A stretch of DNA of 64,000 nucleotides from Iphione sp. A-MEVVRFRX5 (GCA_976226885.1 OZ320314.1:126356001-126420000), one strand, 5' to 3'. Shown: positions 24,550-38,540, counted from the stretch's first letter. A program made the numbers and translations. Notes: generated by a model not told the origin, from the letters alone.

Positions 24550-26973
24550 ATTGAGTATTTGAGTATTGAGAGTATTTATTGTCTTCTCCATATGCAGTTA
24601 CAGAGTTATCACTGACAATAGGTCTTCCTATACTTCATACAGTACATCAAAATGAAATGATATTCACACAGTATAATACTCAAACACACATAGCAGGGTC
24701 TACAAGAGCATAGCAGTAAACATACGAGTATATCAGCCCTCGACACAGACTTATTTTTACAACATTTCCAGGCAGTAGATAACATTTCCAAGCAACAGCA
24801 TGAGTGTGTTACAACCTTATCCCCAACAAAACTTAGTATAAGATGTCCGGTATATATGAAACACAAAGCACAACACACAACACATATAGTACATTCCCAC
24901 AAGTGAGAGTTAGCAGATGGCAACCATATACCGATGTAATAGCGCAGATAGAACAAATAGAAACACATGTTGATATCACAATTGTTGCACTGATTTGGTT
25001 GCAACTTTCCCCCCCCCCTCCCCCCCTGATGCTCTTTTTCACACTTTCCCCTATCGGTGTTTCACACAGCAGCGTAGGATTTTATTCAGCATCACAACTA
25101 GAAAGAGTAACTGCAGTCATTCGAACACACCAGGGGTTCATATTGCAAATGCAATATGTGGGACTACTACAAGTTGGCAATCGTTGTTAGCAAACACCCA
25201 TAATTCGTGGTATTTGGGTTAGAGATGCACTTAGCCAGACATAGAATAGGTCAATAGCAATCCAGATCCTCAATTCCACAATACAGTGACATCTCCATGT
25301 AGTAGTAGTCCTCAAAAAGTTCAAAAGAGGAGAAGTAAAGTATCACAGATGAAGTTAATCATATTTAAATACAGGCACAAGTCGATAATCATACAATACA
25401 TCACATGCAGTAACTGGTAAAGGCAATTGATCGGTTAATTTTCATCTCTCAAGATCCAAAAGAATAGAAAGACTTGTCATGTTAGAGAACATGAGAAATG
25501 ATATAAACAAAAGTACAAACATAAAACAAAAGTACACAATGATAATGAATCGTAGATGATAGTGAATCATTTAGCATATCACGACTGACAAGGGCAATGG
25601 TAGTCGGAAGTTCCTTATCCTCTCAAGACAACAGGAAACATGATCAAGCCTCATAAGCAGTGGTATATAACTGAGCTACATGACGTGTCAAGAGGTTTAG
25701 TCTGACAAGGACAATTGCAGCCATGCGGTAAGTACACTAATTGGACTTGTGTGATGACAATTCAGATTGGAGATTGCACTGCTTTCCCCAACATTTACGA
25801 TCACACAAGTGCTCATTCTGAATGATAAGCAGGCAGGTGCATACCCAGATATTTAATTACACGGAATGACTTCATCTACCTAACAGTAGGCGAGACACCA
25901 TTGCAGCCCTAGTGACCCCATAAAAGTCAGAATCACACTTCACCAATTTAACATTATGCGGTGCCTTCCCCACCATCTCTGACATAAGCCTGATGCCATT
26001 GTACTCAAGGACTTACCACTTGGGTACAGTGCTTTTGAGGCAATGACCACTTGGCCTTGGTGCTCTCAGGGAGCCTGTTCCAGGCTAGGACTCCCCTATA
26101 CCCAATTGATCCAGAGTATAAGGCAGTCTTTGGCCTAGAAACCTTACATCTGTTAGTACAACCTAGTCTGGTTATTGAGTCTGGCTCCTTTTCCAGCAGC
26201 CCCAAGTGGACCAACCTATGTACCATTTGAACCCCTTTGATGTTGATTAGGCTCTGTAATCTCGGGACACCAAACCGGGTCTGAAGCCTTGACGCTGAGA
26301 GGTATTGACCTCTTTGGATACATGCTCTAGCACACCGGTTTATCTGGATTTGTAGTTTGACCATTCCAGAAGAACCCAGAGTGTACAGAGCTGGAAGATG
26401 GTACTTTAGTTGAGAGAGCACGAGTGAGTCGAATAGCTGACACCTCATTCTAATGGGCAGGTGGTGTTTTACCCTCGCTATCTTTCGTGCAGCTAACCAC
26501 ATATTCTTTTTGACATGCTTACAGGTTTTAGAAACTCCGAGTTTTGATTCGATGAAGAAACCTAGTAACCTTAGTGTTTCTACCTTTTGCATACGTATTC
26601 CATTCAAGACCAGGTCCAGATCAGCCTCACTCGCTCTCCCCAACGTAGCATAGCAACATTTGTCCTCACTCAATACCAGACCATTGACCTTACACCATTC
26701 TGTAACACTGTGGATGGCATGCATGGTGGACTGTCTCAGTGTCTGTAGATCCCTCCCTGATGTCACAATGGTTAAGTCATCAGCATAGACTACCGATTCA
26801 ACTCCAGCCGGTAGGGCCTCCATAATTGAGTCAAAAACCCAAGTGAAGGTGGTCGGACCAAACACGGAGCCTTGTGGCACTCCTTGTTTTAGTGGTAGTA
26901 CCTGTGAGCACTTACCAGTGCATCGCACAAATTGACCTCTCCCTGTGAAGTAGCTTTCTACAATAGTGGCCAC
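24550..26973 (-). mobile_element. 5'-truncated CR1/L2-group LINE (RT 3' half, 322-aa ORF 26005-26973) with about 1.45-kb 3' UTR
   Basis: GVPQGSVFGP and YADD motifs with clear similarity to the 890-aa ORF. Minus-strand AATAAA plus (AATACTC)n tail ends at 24550. Confidence 0.9.
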
Positions 26974-29228
26974 TGCCCCAGACCTGCTAAGGCTTAGAGG
27001 GGAAGCTCACTTGACTGCAACCAGAGCTGTGGCATTGTGCAAGGAAGTAGGCTTGCTTTTGAGTGTTGATAAGTGCACCTACATGGTGATGGGTCGTGCC
27101 TCAGACACACCATAAGATATCAAGCTAGATGGTGTAACTCTGAGTGTGGTCTCAAATATGAGACTACTTGGGTGTGTTCTTGACTCACATTTATGGCTGT
27201 AGGGCCTTGTTAAGGACATAAAGGCTAAAATGTGGGTAGCATCAATCAAGCTGGGAAGAGTGAAGGCCTTGATTCCCATTTGAGGTATGGTGCAAGCTCT
27301 TCAAGGCTCTGGTCTCACCTCATTTGCACTATGCGGCAGCGTTCCTATATGGGACGTCAATGTCAGACAAGATCACTCTCCAAATTCATCTGAATAGGTG
27401 CCTACACATTGCTGTTCAAATGAAAAGGAGCCTATCCGCCAGGCAGACAGCTATGAGATTGGGTATCAGGAGGTTCCAGGACCTGATAGAGGAAATACCC
27501 TTGCGGCCATTCACCGTCAGGTATACTTGGGTCTGCTCCCCAACGATTAAGCTCAAGGACTCGTGGCGGTGGCACTATGAGGATCAAGCTACCCAGACCA
27601 AGAAGTACAAGGTTTGCCAGAAGTCTAACATATGCCGCAGTGTCAAGTTTGGACTCATTGCCAGACATTATGAGAAAGGACCCTAAACTGCCTAGAATGG
27701 CTGTCGAGATGATAACCTGCCTACCTCTACAATAAGAGGTAATTGCACGGACTGCTGCCCCTACACTGCCATCAAAGACAGAGGCAGCATGGGTGCTGAC
27801 AGACTATGACAGTGAATGCTGACAAACTGGAAGGGACCCTTATCTGGAACCTTGGCACTTAACTTATGGGCACACCAAGGGGGTAGAAAGGGAGTCACCG
27901 AGGGTAGTCTCCGGACAAACTGAGCAAGTGGGCCCTATCCTGGGGGGATGACATGAACTAACAGAGAAGCTATGTTAGCCAGAAGGAGATGACGGGAATA
28001 ATAACCCTTGTATCATACTCAGCATACATTGGGTGTGTCGCTAACATGGTGAGTGGATGAGTGAATGCTGACTATAAGAGTGCTGGGTACAATAATCTAT
28101 GTGTTGTGCCAAATCATATATTGGTTGTGTCATCAAAGAGGTGTTGTGATTGACTGAATGTAATGCATAACCATATAGAACATCACTGAGTGTTGTTGTC
28201 TGACAGCCTGAGTCGCTGAGCTACAGGTATGCTATCGATAGGTAAAAAGTTTTTTCATACTCCATGACCAAACTGCATTAGCATGAATCACTGTGACCAC
28301 ATATTTAGCAGGAGTTTATGTCAATGTGGTTAAATAGTATGAGCGGATGCCGTGACAGACTTGTGCTATTCTTGCCAGTCACTATTTCACAGGATTATTG
28401 TACAGTATGCTGTTGCACTTGTGTAATAGTCTACCCCGGCTAAGTGAACATTGAATTGAATTGAATAAACTTTATTGAACCACACCTTCATGTTATCACA
28501 AAGTTCTCCTTGGTCAATAGTTGGAACAGACATTGAACATAACGTTTTCAAAGGGACTATAGTACATGAGAAATATATTGACAATTGACAAGAATGACAT
28601 AAAGACACAGGGTAGTACATCAAGTTAATGGTCAACTAGACAGTTAATGACACTGGACAATACACAGGTGAGATTAGATATAGTACATGGAACAGGCACC
28701 ACAATGATATGACACGTCAACATCGAACCAACAGCACAATACATACTACAATGAATACACGTACAAGTTGACATTTATCACAACAATACATGAAATTGAA
28801 CACAACGACACAAAGTACATTAGTAACAAGGACAAGACATCAGTTAGAGCATGGCGTAAGTAGTGCCTGTTGGTAAATGCAGCTGAGAAACATATGGTAT
28901 ATGATATATGTGTTGAAAGGACATCCTGCCTATGTGGCCACAGCACTCAGAGTAGCTTGTTGTCATGTGTGCTTATATTAACCCGTATGTAGTGTGTAGC
29001 AAACAGAGCATCATTCTGCTGTGTGGTCTACTGCCTACATGTCTGTCACTATGATGTCTAGTGCGAGAACTCAATGTTGCATCACTATTTCATCTGATGT
29101 ATCTGTCTGTACAATATGTGATATACATTATCTTTATGTTGTAATCTTGCACATGTCTTGTATTAACCAAGGAGAGCTTTGTACTCATATAAAGATTTAT
29201 GGTCAATAAACACAAATTCAAATTCAAA
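26974..29228 (+). mobile_element. Second LINE copy, head-to-head with the previous one, containing a nested antisense 3'-end fragment (about 28450-28950)
   Basis: Frame APDLLRLRGEAHL...LLLSVDKCTYM matches the post-YADD region. Plus-strand tail GGTCAATAAA...(AATTCA)n at 29201-29228; minus-strand AATAAA/(TTCAA)n tail at 28450-28480. Confidence 0.8.
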
Positions 29229-31246
29229 GGGAACAGTCAGGAGCTTGGTCTCACCAGAGAAAACTTATTTATATACTATATAAGAGGAAGATATCTTAGT
29301 CAGCATAACTTATTTCTCACAGTGGCAACGGGCTATGATGGAATGTAGTAATCATTGGGTTGTAAGATGACTAACAAAGTCAGACACAGGTGCGTAGTGT
29401 TCTTTCCATTATGACAGTAATCGCATGATTACATCCACTGGTAGCTGAGAAAAGTATCCAACATCACCAAGGCATACACTTGAAATAGATCAGTCCACAC
29501 ACAAGAGTATTCATAACTCAACAGTATCACATCCCTAGATGAGAAAGATCCTTGGATTAAGCCTTGATGACTGAATCCTTGGAAGTTAAGTGAATCATCG
29601 AAGCCACGTAAGGCCACAATATCATACCTAAATATTCTTATCTGTCCCCTGTGGTTCCATAGGAGAAGAGTTCTTGGAAGACACATTGGTTAATCAAAAT
29701 CCTCAGAATATTAAATAATGCCAAGTGAAATTTTCTCTAACAGGATCTGAAAATAGGTGAGGTCCCCATCTTCCCTCCAGTCTTCTAACTCCTTCCTTAG
29801 CGTGGATCCCCCTCTGCTTTTATGTGCTGGCTTCTTCTGAAGACTGGATACTTTACCCAGGCTGAGTACATTATCCTGGGAACTAGACATCTTGCCATGT
29901 TCTTTACTCTGGTTGAGTATGTTATTCTGGGAGCATCTCATCTGCCTGTGTATTTTATCCTGGCATGTACTTAATCATGTTTACTCATCACTTTCTTGCC
30001 TTTAGCTTCCTTTGGCTTTGTGTTAAGATCATTGTTTTTCTCTCCACTTGTCCAAATTGAATGTCAATATGGTGTTTTCTTAAATGATTTTGAAACCCAT
30101 GGTTTGGACAAGTCGCTATTAGATATAATTTGCATAGTACTTAACAATGTATAGCAAGCCATATTAATGAGAGATAACAGTTTCAAAGTTTCAGTTTCAA
30201 AGATAATTCTTCTACTTATAAAGAGAGAGAAACGGTATATAGATTAGTGGTATATAGATTATGGTTTGAACTATCGGCATACTAAAACATTGGTAAAATA
30301 CTTTCGAGCAACAAGCAATCCACTGCACATGCCATAATATCATTTACACTATTTACACTATTGAAAGGCTATCAAATCCCTAACCTAACAGGAATTCATC
30401 TTCCATAACATAGGCGCATATAACATCTAAATATTCCATGTGGTTATTCCCCTTTTGCGCTGACAAATATTTAGCTAAGACAATGATTTGCTTTGTTGTG
30501 CAGGTAATAATCTACATGATGTATGGTCTGTCCTTTCATTTAAATATTATGTAACAAATGCTTGGAACCTCAATATAAGCATTTGCAAAGCAAATGTTTC
30601 TTTAACCAATTTAAATCCTACTAGTAAAAGATATAATTTCCAGATAATTTTACATTGGTTTGGATCTGATAAGCCAATAAGAAGATCCAATACTAAAACT
30701 AGGAACTACGGACAAAACACATATTTGTTTCCAATAGTGTGGATCCTACAAGTGAAATGCATGCCTTCACAAAATAGGTCTTAAGGTATTAACTCTCATG
30801 AATACAGCCAAGACAAATTGTCTGCAGTTGTAACTTAAGGAACGCACTTTACAACAGCCCCATATTTGAAACCAAATGGACCTAACATATATTATGAAAA
30901 CATTTTGTTGGATCATATGGTTGCATTTGTTCCCTCAGTCAAACAAAGAACAAAAGTACACATGATGTCCATTTGCTCCAATGACAGGACACATCAAAGA
31001 CTACAATGTTAGGTATATTAAGGAAATTTCATGTGTGAACTGTGGCATCCTCTCACTGTAATCTAGCTTCAGAAGAAAACTTGTCCTTCTTTGAAAGTGT
31101 TTGGTTCTACTAGGTATTTACACTTGACTAGCTTTGTTTTACCAAAATAGTTTTTGTCTATGTATAAGTGAATTGGATTTAATATGCTTAACCTACTTCT
31201 ACAGTGATGAATAAACACACAGTCAAGTCAAAATGTTTAATTTCAG

Positions 31247-33956
31247 AGATGCTTAATGGGAGAGAACTTGTTTGGATTTGTAATGATCTGCCTCAGAACA
31301 ATTTCCAACCAGTATTCAGTGAATGTTATAACCGGTGAGCTAAGATGATGATTTCAATGCAGAGATTGCAAAACCAAAGCTTTAGAGTTCACTTCTAAAA
31401 ATACTCCATGCAAATATTAGCAATGCAAAAGTTTCTTGTCTACTGTGAGTTTTGCACTGTCTCAAGAAAATAACACAGGTCCTGTTTCAATCAATTTGAT
31501 ATTGTCTCCTGTTATTGCAATATTTCTTTCAAGATTATCTCAGTTTAGCAGTTCATACTTGACTTACATTATTCTATTTTTCAATAGAATCTTCGAAAAT
31601 GCTAAAGATGAGAATCAACTTTACATACTAGCTTCAGGAAAGTCGTTCTATTCACAAGTTGCACCAACCAATGAAGTGAACTTTGGAATCAGCTTAACAG
31701 CTATACAGTGGCTCTCAAAATGGTATGGACACTGACTAAAACGCAATCTATTGAATAAGGGGAAAGATAAGAACAGTTTCCATTTATTGACACCAATCTG
31801 GGAATTCTTTAATTTTAAATTTCATTTTATTTCAGAAAGCAAAGCTAGCATAGGTCACTATTAATAAAGCAGATATTGAAGCTGATATGATGCATTTTTC
31901 TCCTAATGATATATAAAAGGGTTCCAAATTCACTCCACACTCTATGCAACTAGTCAATGTGTACACATATATTTGCCTTAGTTAGTTATCTTTTCCATCC
32001 AGTCCAGCCATTAAGCCAAAAATTGACTATCAAATCCATCATCAGCTGGTTAAAGATATTGGAGCAGATGATTGGAAAAATTTTCTGCTCTATCGTGGAT
32101 GTGAAGTTATAGAAGGTATGAAGCTCAGGATTTTGACTCAAATCATAGGTGACAGTGCTTTAAAACAGATCACACATGTAAAGTAATTTTTCAAATGCTT
32201 TTTAAACACAATAGACTTTAATTGGCTATAGATGAGAGGTAAATCAGTTTAGTATACTATTAAAAGCATACAGCTATGTGTATAAGGCTGAGAGAATAAG
32301 TATCTCATTCAGATTGATTTGTATTTGTAAAGTTTATGTAATTGAATTAGAAAGGAATCAGTAAACCCATAGATCCATATGAATCAATGACTTAGAAGTT
32401 GCAAATCAAATTTAGGTCTTGTGAGAACAGATGTATAAAGGAAGTTTCAAATTACCATCCACTAAATATTCTTGGAGGGATGCGACAAGCATTCTTTTGG
32501 CAAACATGGGTGAAACTTTCGGCTAATTATGCTATTGCATCTGGTCAAAGTTAATTCATTATATTGATAGTGAAATATATTTGCCATCAATCTCTCATTT
32601 TCAGGTGAAAGATTGGTTGTGTCAGTGGTCACTGAGTTATGGCATGATATTTGTGCAAAGTCACATACAAAGTCCATTTGGCTTCATGGCTTTCAATCAG
32701 TTATCACCAATATGCATCGGTCTTCATTCATAACAAAGGTAAAATTATAAAGAATTTGTAATGCTATTGTTTGGTGAAACTTTCATTCAAAACTATTTAT
32801 TCAATGCTGAGTATCTCAATTTACGTATTATGTCTTTACAAAAAGATAAATTTACTTGAGACTTTATAGCAAACTAGTAACTGAAGGGATACCAAAACTT
32901 CCTTAACCTATTTAAAATTTTACTCCTGCTTTACTTTCATGCATTCATCATTTTCAGGAGGAGTATGCAAGAATGTGGTTTCTAGATATTATTTTGCGTT
33001 CAGAGGAAGACATCTGTGCCCCTTTTCAGGATCCTATCATTCAAGAAATAGGTTTAAAAATAGTTTCTCTAAAAAAATTCCATGTTCCTGATTTTCAAAT
33101 GAGAGAGTGGCAGACTAAAGGGGGTCATAAAAGTAAGTGTTCCCAAAATAGTTCCTAAAAATCAGACGAGGGTTTCAAAACAGCTCGATCTTTATAACCA
33201 CAGTTCTCCACAAAACTTTTTTAAATAATTTTTAAGCATTCTTTAGATACATTTGAAATATATCAGAATCATAATAGTTTGCTGTATGGCATGTATAAGA
33301 ACAGAAAAAAAAACTTTTGTATACCATAAATATATTACAAAAAAGACTTCACCTCATAAATTCGGAAAATATTTTGCAAATGAATGGTTTCACTGTTTCT
33401 GCAGGCTTGTAGCACTTGTTAGCCTGATAACAACATTGATGTTCTTTTATTTTATTAGTTCAGTAAAGGTGTCTAATATTTTGATTATGAAAGGCTCTTC
33501 CATCACCTTTGTGTAACTTCCATCTATATTACTAGATAGGCAATTGATCTAGAAACAGTATATTCATTGTAGTTCACTGTTCTTTGTCAAAACAATCACA
33601 GAACAAAGTATTCCTTTAAGTAATCAGGGCAATTGGGCAATCAGATTATACACATCAGGTCCAAACATAACATTTAATATAAATAGGCTACAACTATAAA
33701 TCTACTTCTCTTGCTTCATTCAGATGCTGCTGCAATAAAGAACTTTGTGGACAGACGAGTATTATCTCTCAAATCTGTGTCACCTATGATATTGCCAAAG
33801 CTTGATGATACAAGAAGTACAGAGGAAAAGCATAAAATTCTTGACATACTCTTTAAATTGTTACAGGAAGAGATAACAATTGACCCATACAAATATTCAA
33901 CCAGTTCATCACTTATTTTGGTAGAGATTGAAAAATGTGGAACACAGGCATTTTGA
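31247..33956 (+). CDS. SABATH-like methyltransferase paralog B, partial: exons 3-8 open, exons 1-2 not found (possible pseudogene)
   Basis: Exons 31247-31334, 31588-31722, 32003-32115, 32605-32738, 32958-33132, 33724-33956. Sizes and phases equal paralog C, introns are GT-AG, and there are no stops or frameshifts. Motifs NDLPQNNF, GKSFYSQV, AIQWLSKCP, DDWKNFL, RSEEDICAPF. Confidence 0.85.
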
Positions 33957-34239
33957 AAAAGAAACTACAACAAATAGAATTCCTTAATATTTCAAGTGAT
34001 ATTAGCCAATAGTTATTCAGATTTTCCCTGATTCTTCATTTTATTCCATAAATGTTTTGGTTCTACATAGAATTTGAATGCTGTATCAAATATAAATCCA
34101 AGATATTTGTTTTCTTAACTGCTTAATTTTCCTAACACAATAACAATCAGAGCTTGTTGGTAAAAGTTTGGCATGATTTAAAAAAGACAAATTACATGAC
34201 TGAGAGCAGATTGTTTGAGTGAATCACTAATGCACATTA

Positions 34240-37200
34240 TGACACTAAAGTATTAGCAGTTTTACTAGTTTTGGGGCTTGCAATAGCCTCAAAAGCTGCC
34301 GAGCTGAAGGTGGGCGAAAATAGGGAGCGTCCAAACAACAATAAACAAAGCAGACAGTACAGCCGAGATGATCTGCTGGCCTGGTGTGATATTACACACC
34401 CTAGGGCACTTATTGATCTGTCAGAATAGATGATACAGCCCCCCCAGCCAGCCAGAAAATGAGGCAGGAAGGGTCTGTGCCAGATTGAAAAGATATGGAT
34501 TAAGGGTCCCTCTACCAAGTATCATCATGGGAAATGTGAGATCAATAAGAAACAAAATAGATGAACTTGCTGCCTTGTGCAAACATGACTATGCCTTCCA
34601 AAACTCCTTAATGATATGTTTAACAGAGACATGGCTACAACAAGGTGACCCTGATGAACCTTTCCATATTGATGGTTTTAACATGATCAGGGCTGACAGA
34701 CAAGGAGAGGCATGTAAGAACACGAGAGGTGGACTCTGTATCTACATCAGTGAGCGATGGTCTAAAAATGTGTCTAATCATGATTGGTTTTCTGATAAAA
34801 ACATTGAACTATTAATAGTAAATGTGAAACCATTCTACCTGCCCAAAGGATTCAACAAAATATATGTTTTTAACATCTATATACCACGAAATTGAGATGA
34901 CAAAAAAACTTCTGTCTTCTGTAATTCTGAAATTCTGTATAGGAAACTATCTTATGTTGAAAATATGTCACCAGATGCAGTTAAGATTATTACTAGTCAT
35001 TTTAATGAGTGTAAATGTCAATCCTTCATACCACACTACCAGCAATGTGTTACATGTACAACCAGAGAGGACAAGATGCTTGATCTATCATATTGTAACA
35101 TCAAGAACAGTTATGTGTCAAAGAAAAAGATGCCTTTAGGTATGTCAGACCGTAGTATGATCCACTCTTGATCCCAACTTACAAACAAAAATTTAACCAA
35201 AGCAAACCTGTACATAAAACGGTCCAAGTTTTTCACAATGAAACAAATGAGAAATTGCTGGGATGCTTTGAACTCACTGACTGGTCCACATTGTATGATG
35301 CTTCTCAAAGTTTGGATGTGAACATCAGTGTCATATTTTCCTATATTAACTTCTGTGTGGATAACTGTGTAAAAACAAAACAAATTATTTGCTATCCGAA
35401 TAATAAACCGTGGGTGTCTAAGGACCTTAAGGTGCTGCTAAATCAGAAAAAATAATGCATTGCATGTAAAGACAAGCTCATACTCAAAGGTATACAAAGA
35501 GATATAAACAAGATGATATATATATGTAAGCAAGCTCACAAGAACAAAGTGGAAGACCTCTTCAGAAAAAATTGATTCTAAAGCAGCATGGAAAGGCTGA
35601 AAGACCCTGACTGGTTTGGTGAAAAAATCGGTTTCAGCAGATCCATCAGATTTACTTGCATATTGTAATGAGCTTAATAAGTTTTATGCTTGGTTTGACA
35701 ACTTTGATTTCATTACAGAAGGTGCTGTAATGACAAACCAGCTTAAGGCCAAAAGTGATCCTAAAATTGTAATCACAGAAAAGGATGTTATCAGAAGTAT
35801 CAATGGTGTGAAAGGTAACAAAGCATGTGGGCCAGATGAGATAAGTGGTAAAATTCTCAAACTGTGTGAGACTCAACTGGCACCCATACTCACTCGAATA
35901 TTTCAGCACTCAATTGACAAATGTGAAGTACTTATTGACTGGAAGACAGAGATTGTACCTCTGGCCAAGAATAATGATCCCAAATGCAATAATGATTATT
36001 GTCCAGTTGCTCTGACAGACATTATAATGAAATGCCTGGAGAAAACATTAAAAACTGAATTGTGTAAACAAGTGAAAGATTATATGTAGACCCATTGCAA
36101 TTTGCATATACAGCCAAAAGATGTGTAGAAGATCCCACACTATCAATCATACTTAGTGTCTTGAAATTTCTTGATCCACCAAACTGCAAAAATGCTAGCA
36201 GGTTTGCAAAAATTCTATTTATAAACTTCAGCAGTGCATTTAATACCAGTCAACCACACATCTTGATGGAAAAACTTATTTTAATAAATGTAAATGCTAA
36301 CTGCATCCTAGGGATAAAAGACTTTCTCATAAATAGAAAGCGATATGTAAAATATAAAGCCGTCTCCTTAGATGTAATAACAACAAACACAGGTGCCTCC
36401 CAGGGTTGCGTCTTGTCACCTATCCTGTTTACACTGTACACCAGAGACTGCAGATCATCCTACCCCAACAGTTATGTATAGAAATATGCAGATGACACAG
36501 CACTGCTTAGCCTATGTACTAATAATGATTACAAGTATCAAGGTGAAATAAAACATTTTGTAGAATGGTGTAGAGGTAACTTTCTAGAATTGAATGTAAA
36601 GAAGACAAAAGAAATGGAGATTCTTTATACACATAACATTCTCAAAACTGATAACCAAACTGTATATGTTGTTCACAAATACAAGTATCTAGGCACTATT
36701 ACAGATGACAGATTAAATTTTAGTCCAAATGTGGATAGCATGTACATGAATGTAAATTCAAGGATGTTCTTCCTGAGGAAACAATACAAATTGAATGTGG
36801 ATAAGAAAATAATGGAACTCTTCTACACCTCTCTGATTCAATCACTTCTAACATTTTCAATAACATGCTGGTTTGGGAACTGTACAAGACAATCAAAGGA
36901 CAAACTAAATAAAATATCTTATGGCAGCAAAAGGCTGGACCTCTGTCACAGCAAATCATTGTCAGAACTGTAAAAAAGAAGTGTTGTTCAAAGAACAAAT
37001 GTGGTAATTTCAGACAAGACACACCAACTATCACATATGTATGAGATTTTACAATCTGGTAGGAGATTCAAAGCTGAATATGCTTGTACAACTTGAAATT
37101 TTAATTTTTTTGTGCCAAGTACTATGCAAAATTAAACAGTAGTAATACATTGAAGATATAAGACATCATTCCATCACCTTTTCCCACTGTGCTACGTTTA

Positions 37201-37312
37201 CATGTGTGCATGTAGTACGTCAGTGATAAATCAATCCTGTATCCTATTATACTGTGTACAAGCCAAGATTCATGTTTACATGATTAATAAAGTTTATTCT
37301 ATTCTATTCTAT
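34240..37312 (+). mobile_element. Near full-length, decayed Rex1/Babar-like LINE between paralogs B and C
   Basis: LRVPLPSIIMGNVRSIRNKIDEL, CLTETWL, GGLCIY, NNKPWVS, NFSSAFNT, GASQGCVLSPILFTLYT and YADDTA (about 36485), broken by stops and frameshifts. AATAAA plus (TTCTA)n tail at about 37286-37312. The 5' boundary is approximate. Confidence 0.88.
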
Positions 37313-38540
37313 ACTAGCTTTGTTGTCTGTTTTATTGCATATACATTTGACTCTTTCCAATAGTGTGAATTGATCACACATTAATCTGAGATAACATGGG
37401 ATATGATAAATACCAGATTCAGCAGGATGTGACTTGGCTACAATATTTCAACCAATTGATCCAAAATACATATTCAATATTTCATCAATTAAACGATTGT
37501 CACTAATGTTTTTTTTTTCATGCAGCAGTGTTGCTTCATCCCTTCTCTTTATTAAACAAATACTTGTTTTCAGAGTATTCCTTGATTTGGCTGAGTTACC
37601 AGAGGCTGATGCCATATCAGTCATTCTGAAGCCTTTTTGTCTGATCCTTTTGAAATATCCTAGGTAGCAGCCTGTCTTCATGTTTACCTGATTTGTGTTT
37701 TTTTCCCTGACTAGGTCGAGAAATCCACCTGTAACCAAATTCGCTTTATACTTCCTCAAAATGCATGTTTTAATTGACTGATTTTACGTCATCATGAAAG
37801 CTTCAAAGCATATGAGCTTATATGCAATAACGTACTAGTATTATAAAAGCGTAACTGACATGAAATGAAGAGCTTAGCAATAGATATCAAAAGACTAAAA
37901 ACTGCCATGCATCCCCCAGCAGGTCTACTTAGCAATAACATTTAATAGATTGCTGATGCCCAGTGTATTTCTCCTGGATATGGCCTATAAACAATGTATA
38001 GTTTCAGGGGTTTCCTCTTAGCCAGTTTCACCTAGACCTTTACAGTATCAGTGACATAATAAACTCTAGTTCTACTGGCAATGAACTGACTGAGAAATCC
38101 TCAGTGACTATATCGATGAGTGCACCAACCCTTTTTGCATACACATTTTATATATTTCCTTCGTAGCTGATATCCTGGGATATCTAGGAAATTATCTTGC
38201 ATTCATATCATTGATATCATTAGTTGGACAGAATACCTGGGTATTGTTAGCCAAGTCTTACAATAGGTTGTCAAATTACTTATATAGGCTCTGTTTTTTT
38301 TGTAGAAAGCCACGTGCTTTCCTTATAATCCATCTAAACTGATAATGAGATAAAAGTGTGAACTCACTAAACTCAATGTCTCAGACCATTATGACTAATT
38401 TCCATAAATAACATAGATATAAATAAGCACAGATAAAATTATAGTAGGAAGGGAAGAGTATATCAGTGTAACATATCATTATCAGTTGTGACCAAAATTG
38501 CAGTTATCAGTAGGATGTGCATAGCAGAACACATCTGTTG

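Noticed and set aside
24609-25222. Overlapping ORFs on both strands
   Set aside because: They lie in a CA/TG-rich LINE 3' UTR and give Cys/Val/Tyr-biased translations typical of compositional artefact.
26005-27686. Twin-priming 5' inversion of a single LINE at the head-to-head junction
   Set aside because: Both halves cover the same post-YADD region and are clearly diverged from each other, so they are separate copies.
30488-30784. ORF with a CAG/GT-AAT start as the missing exon 2 of paralog B
   Set aside because: The translation (GNNLHDVWSVLSFKYY...) has no similarity to VTVCDYGAADGLNSL.
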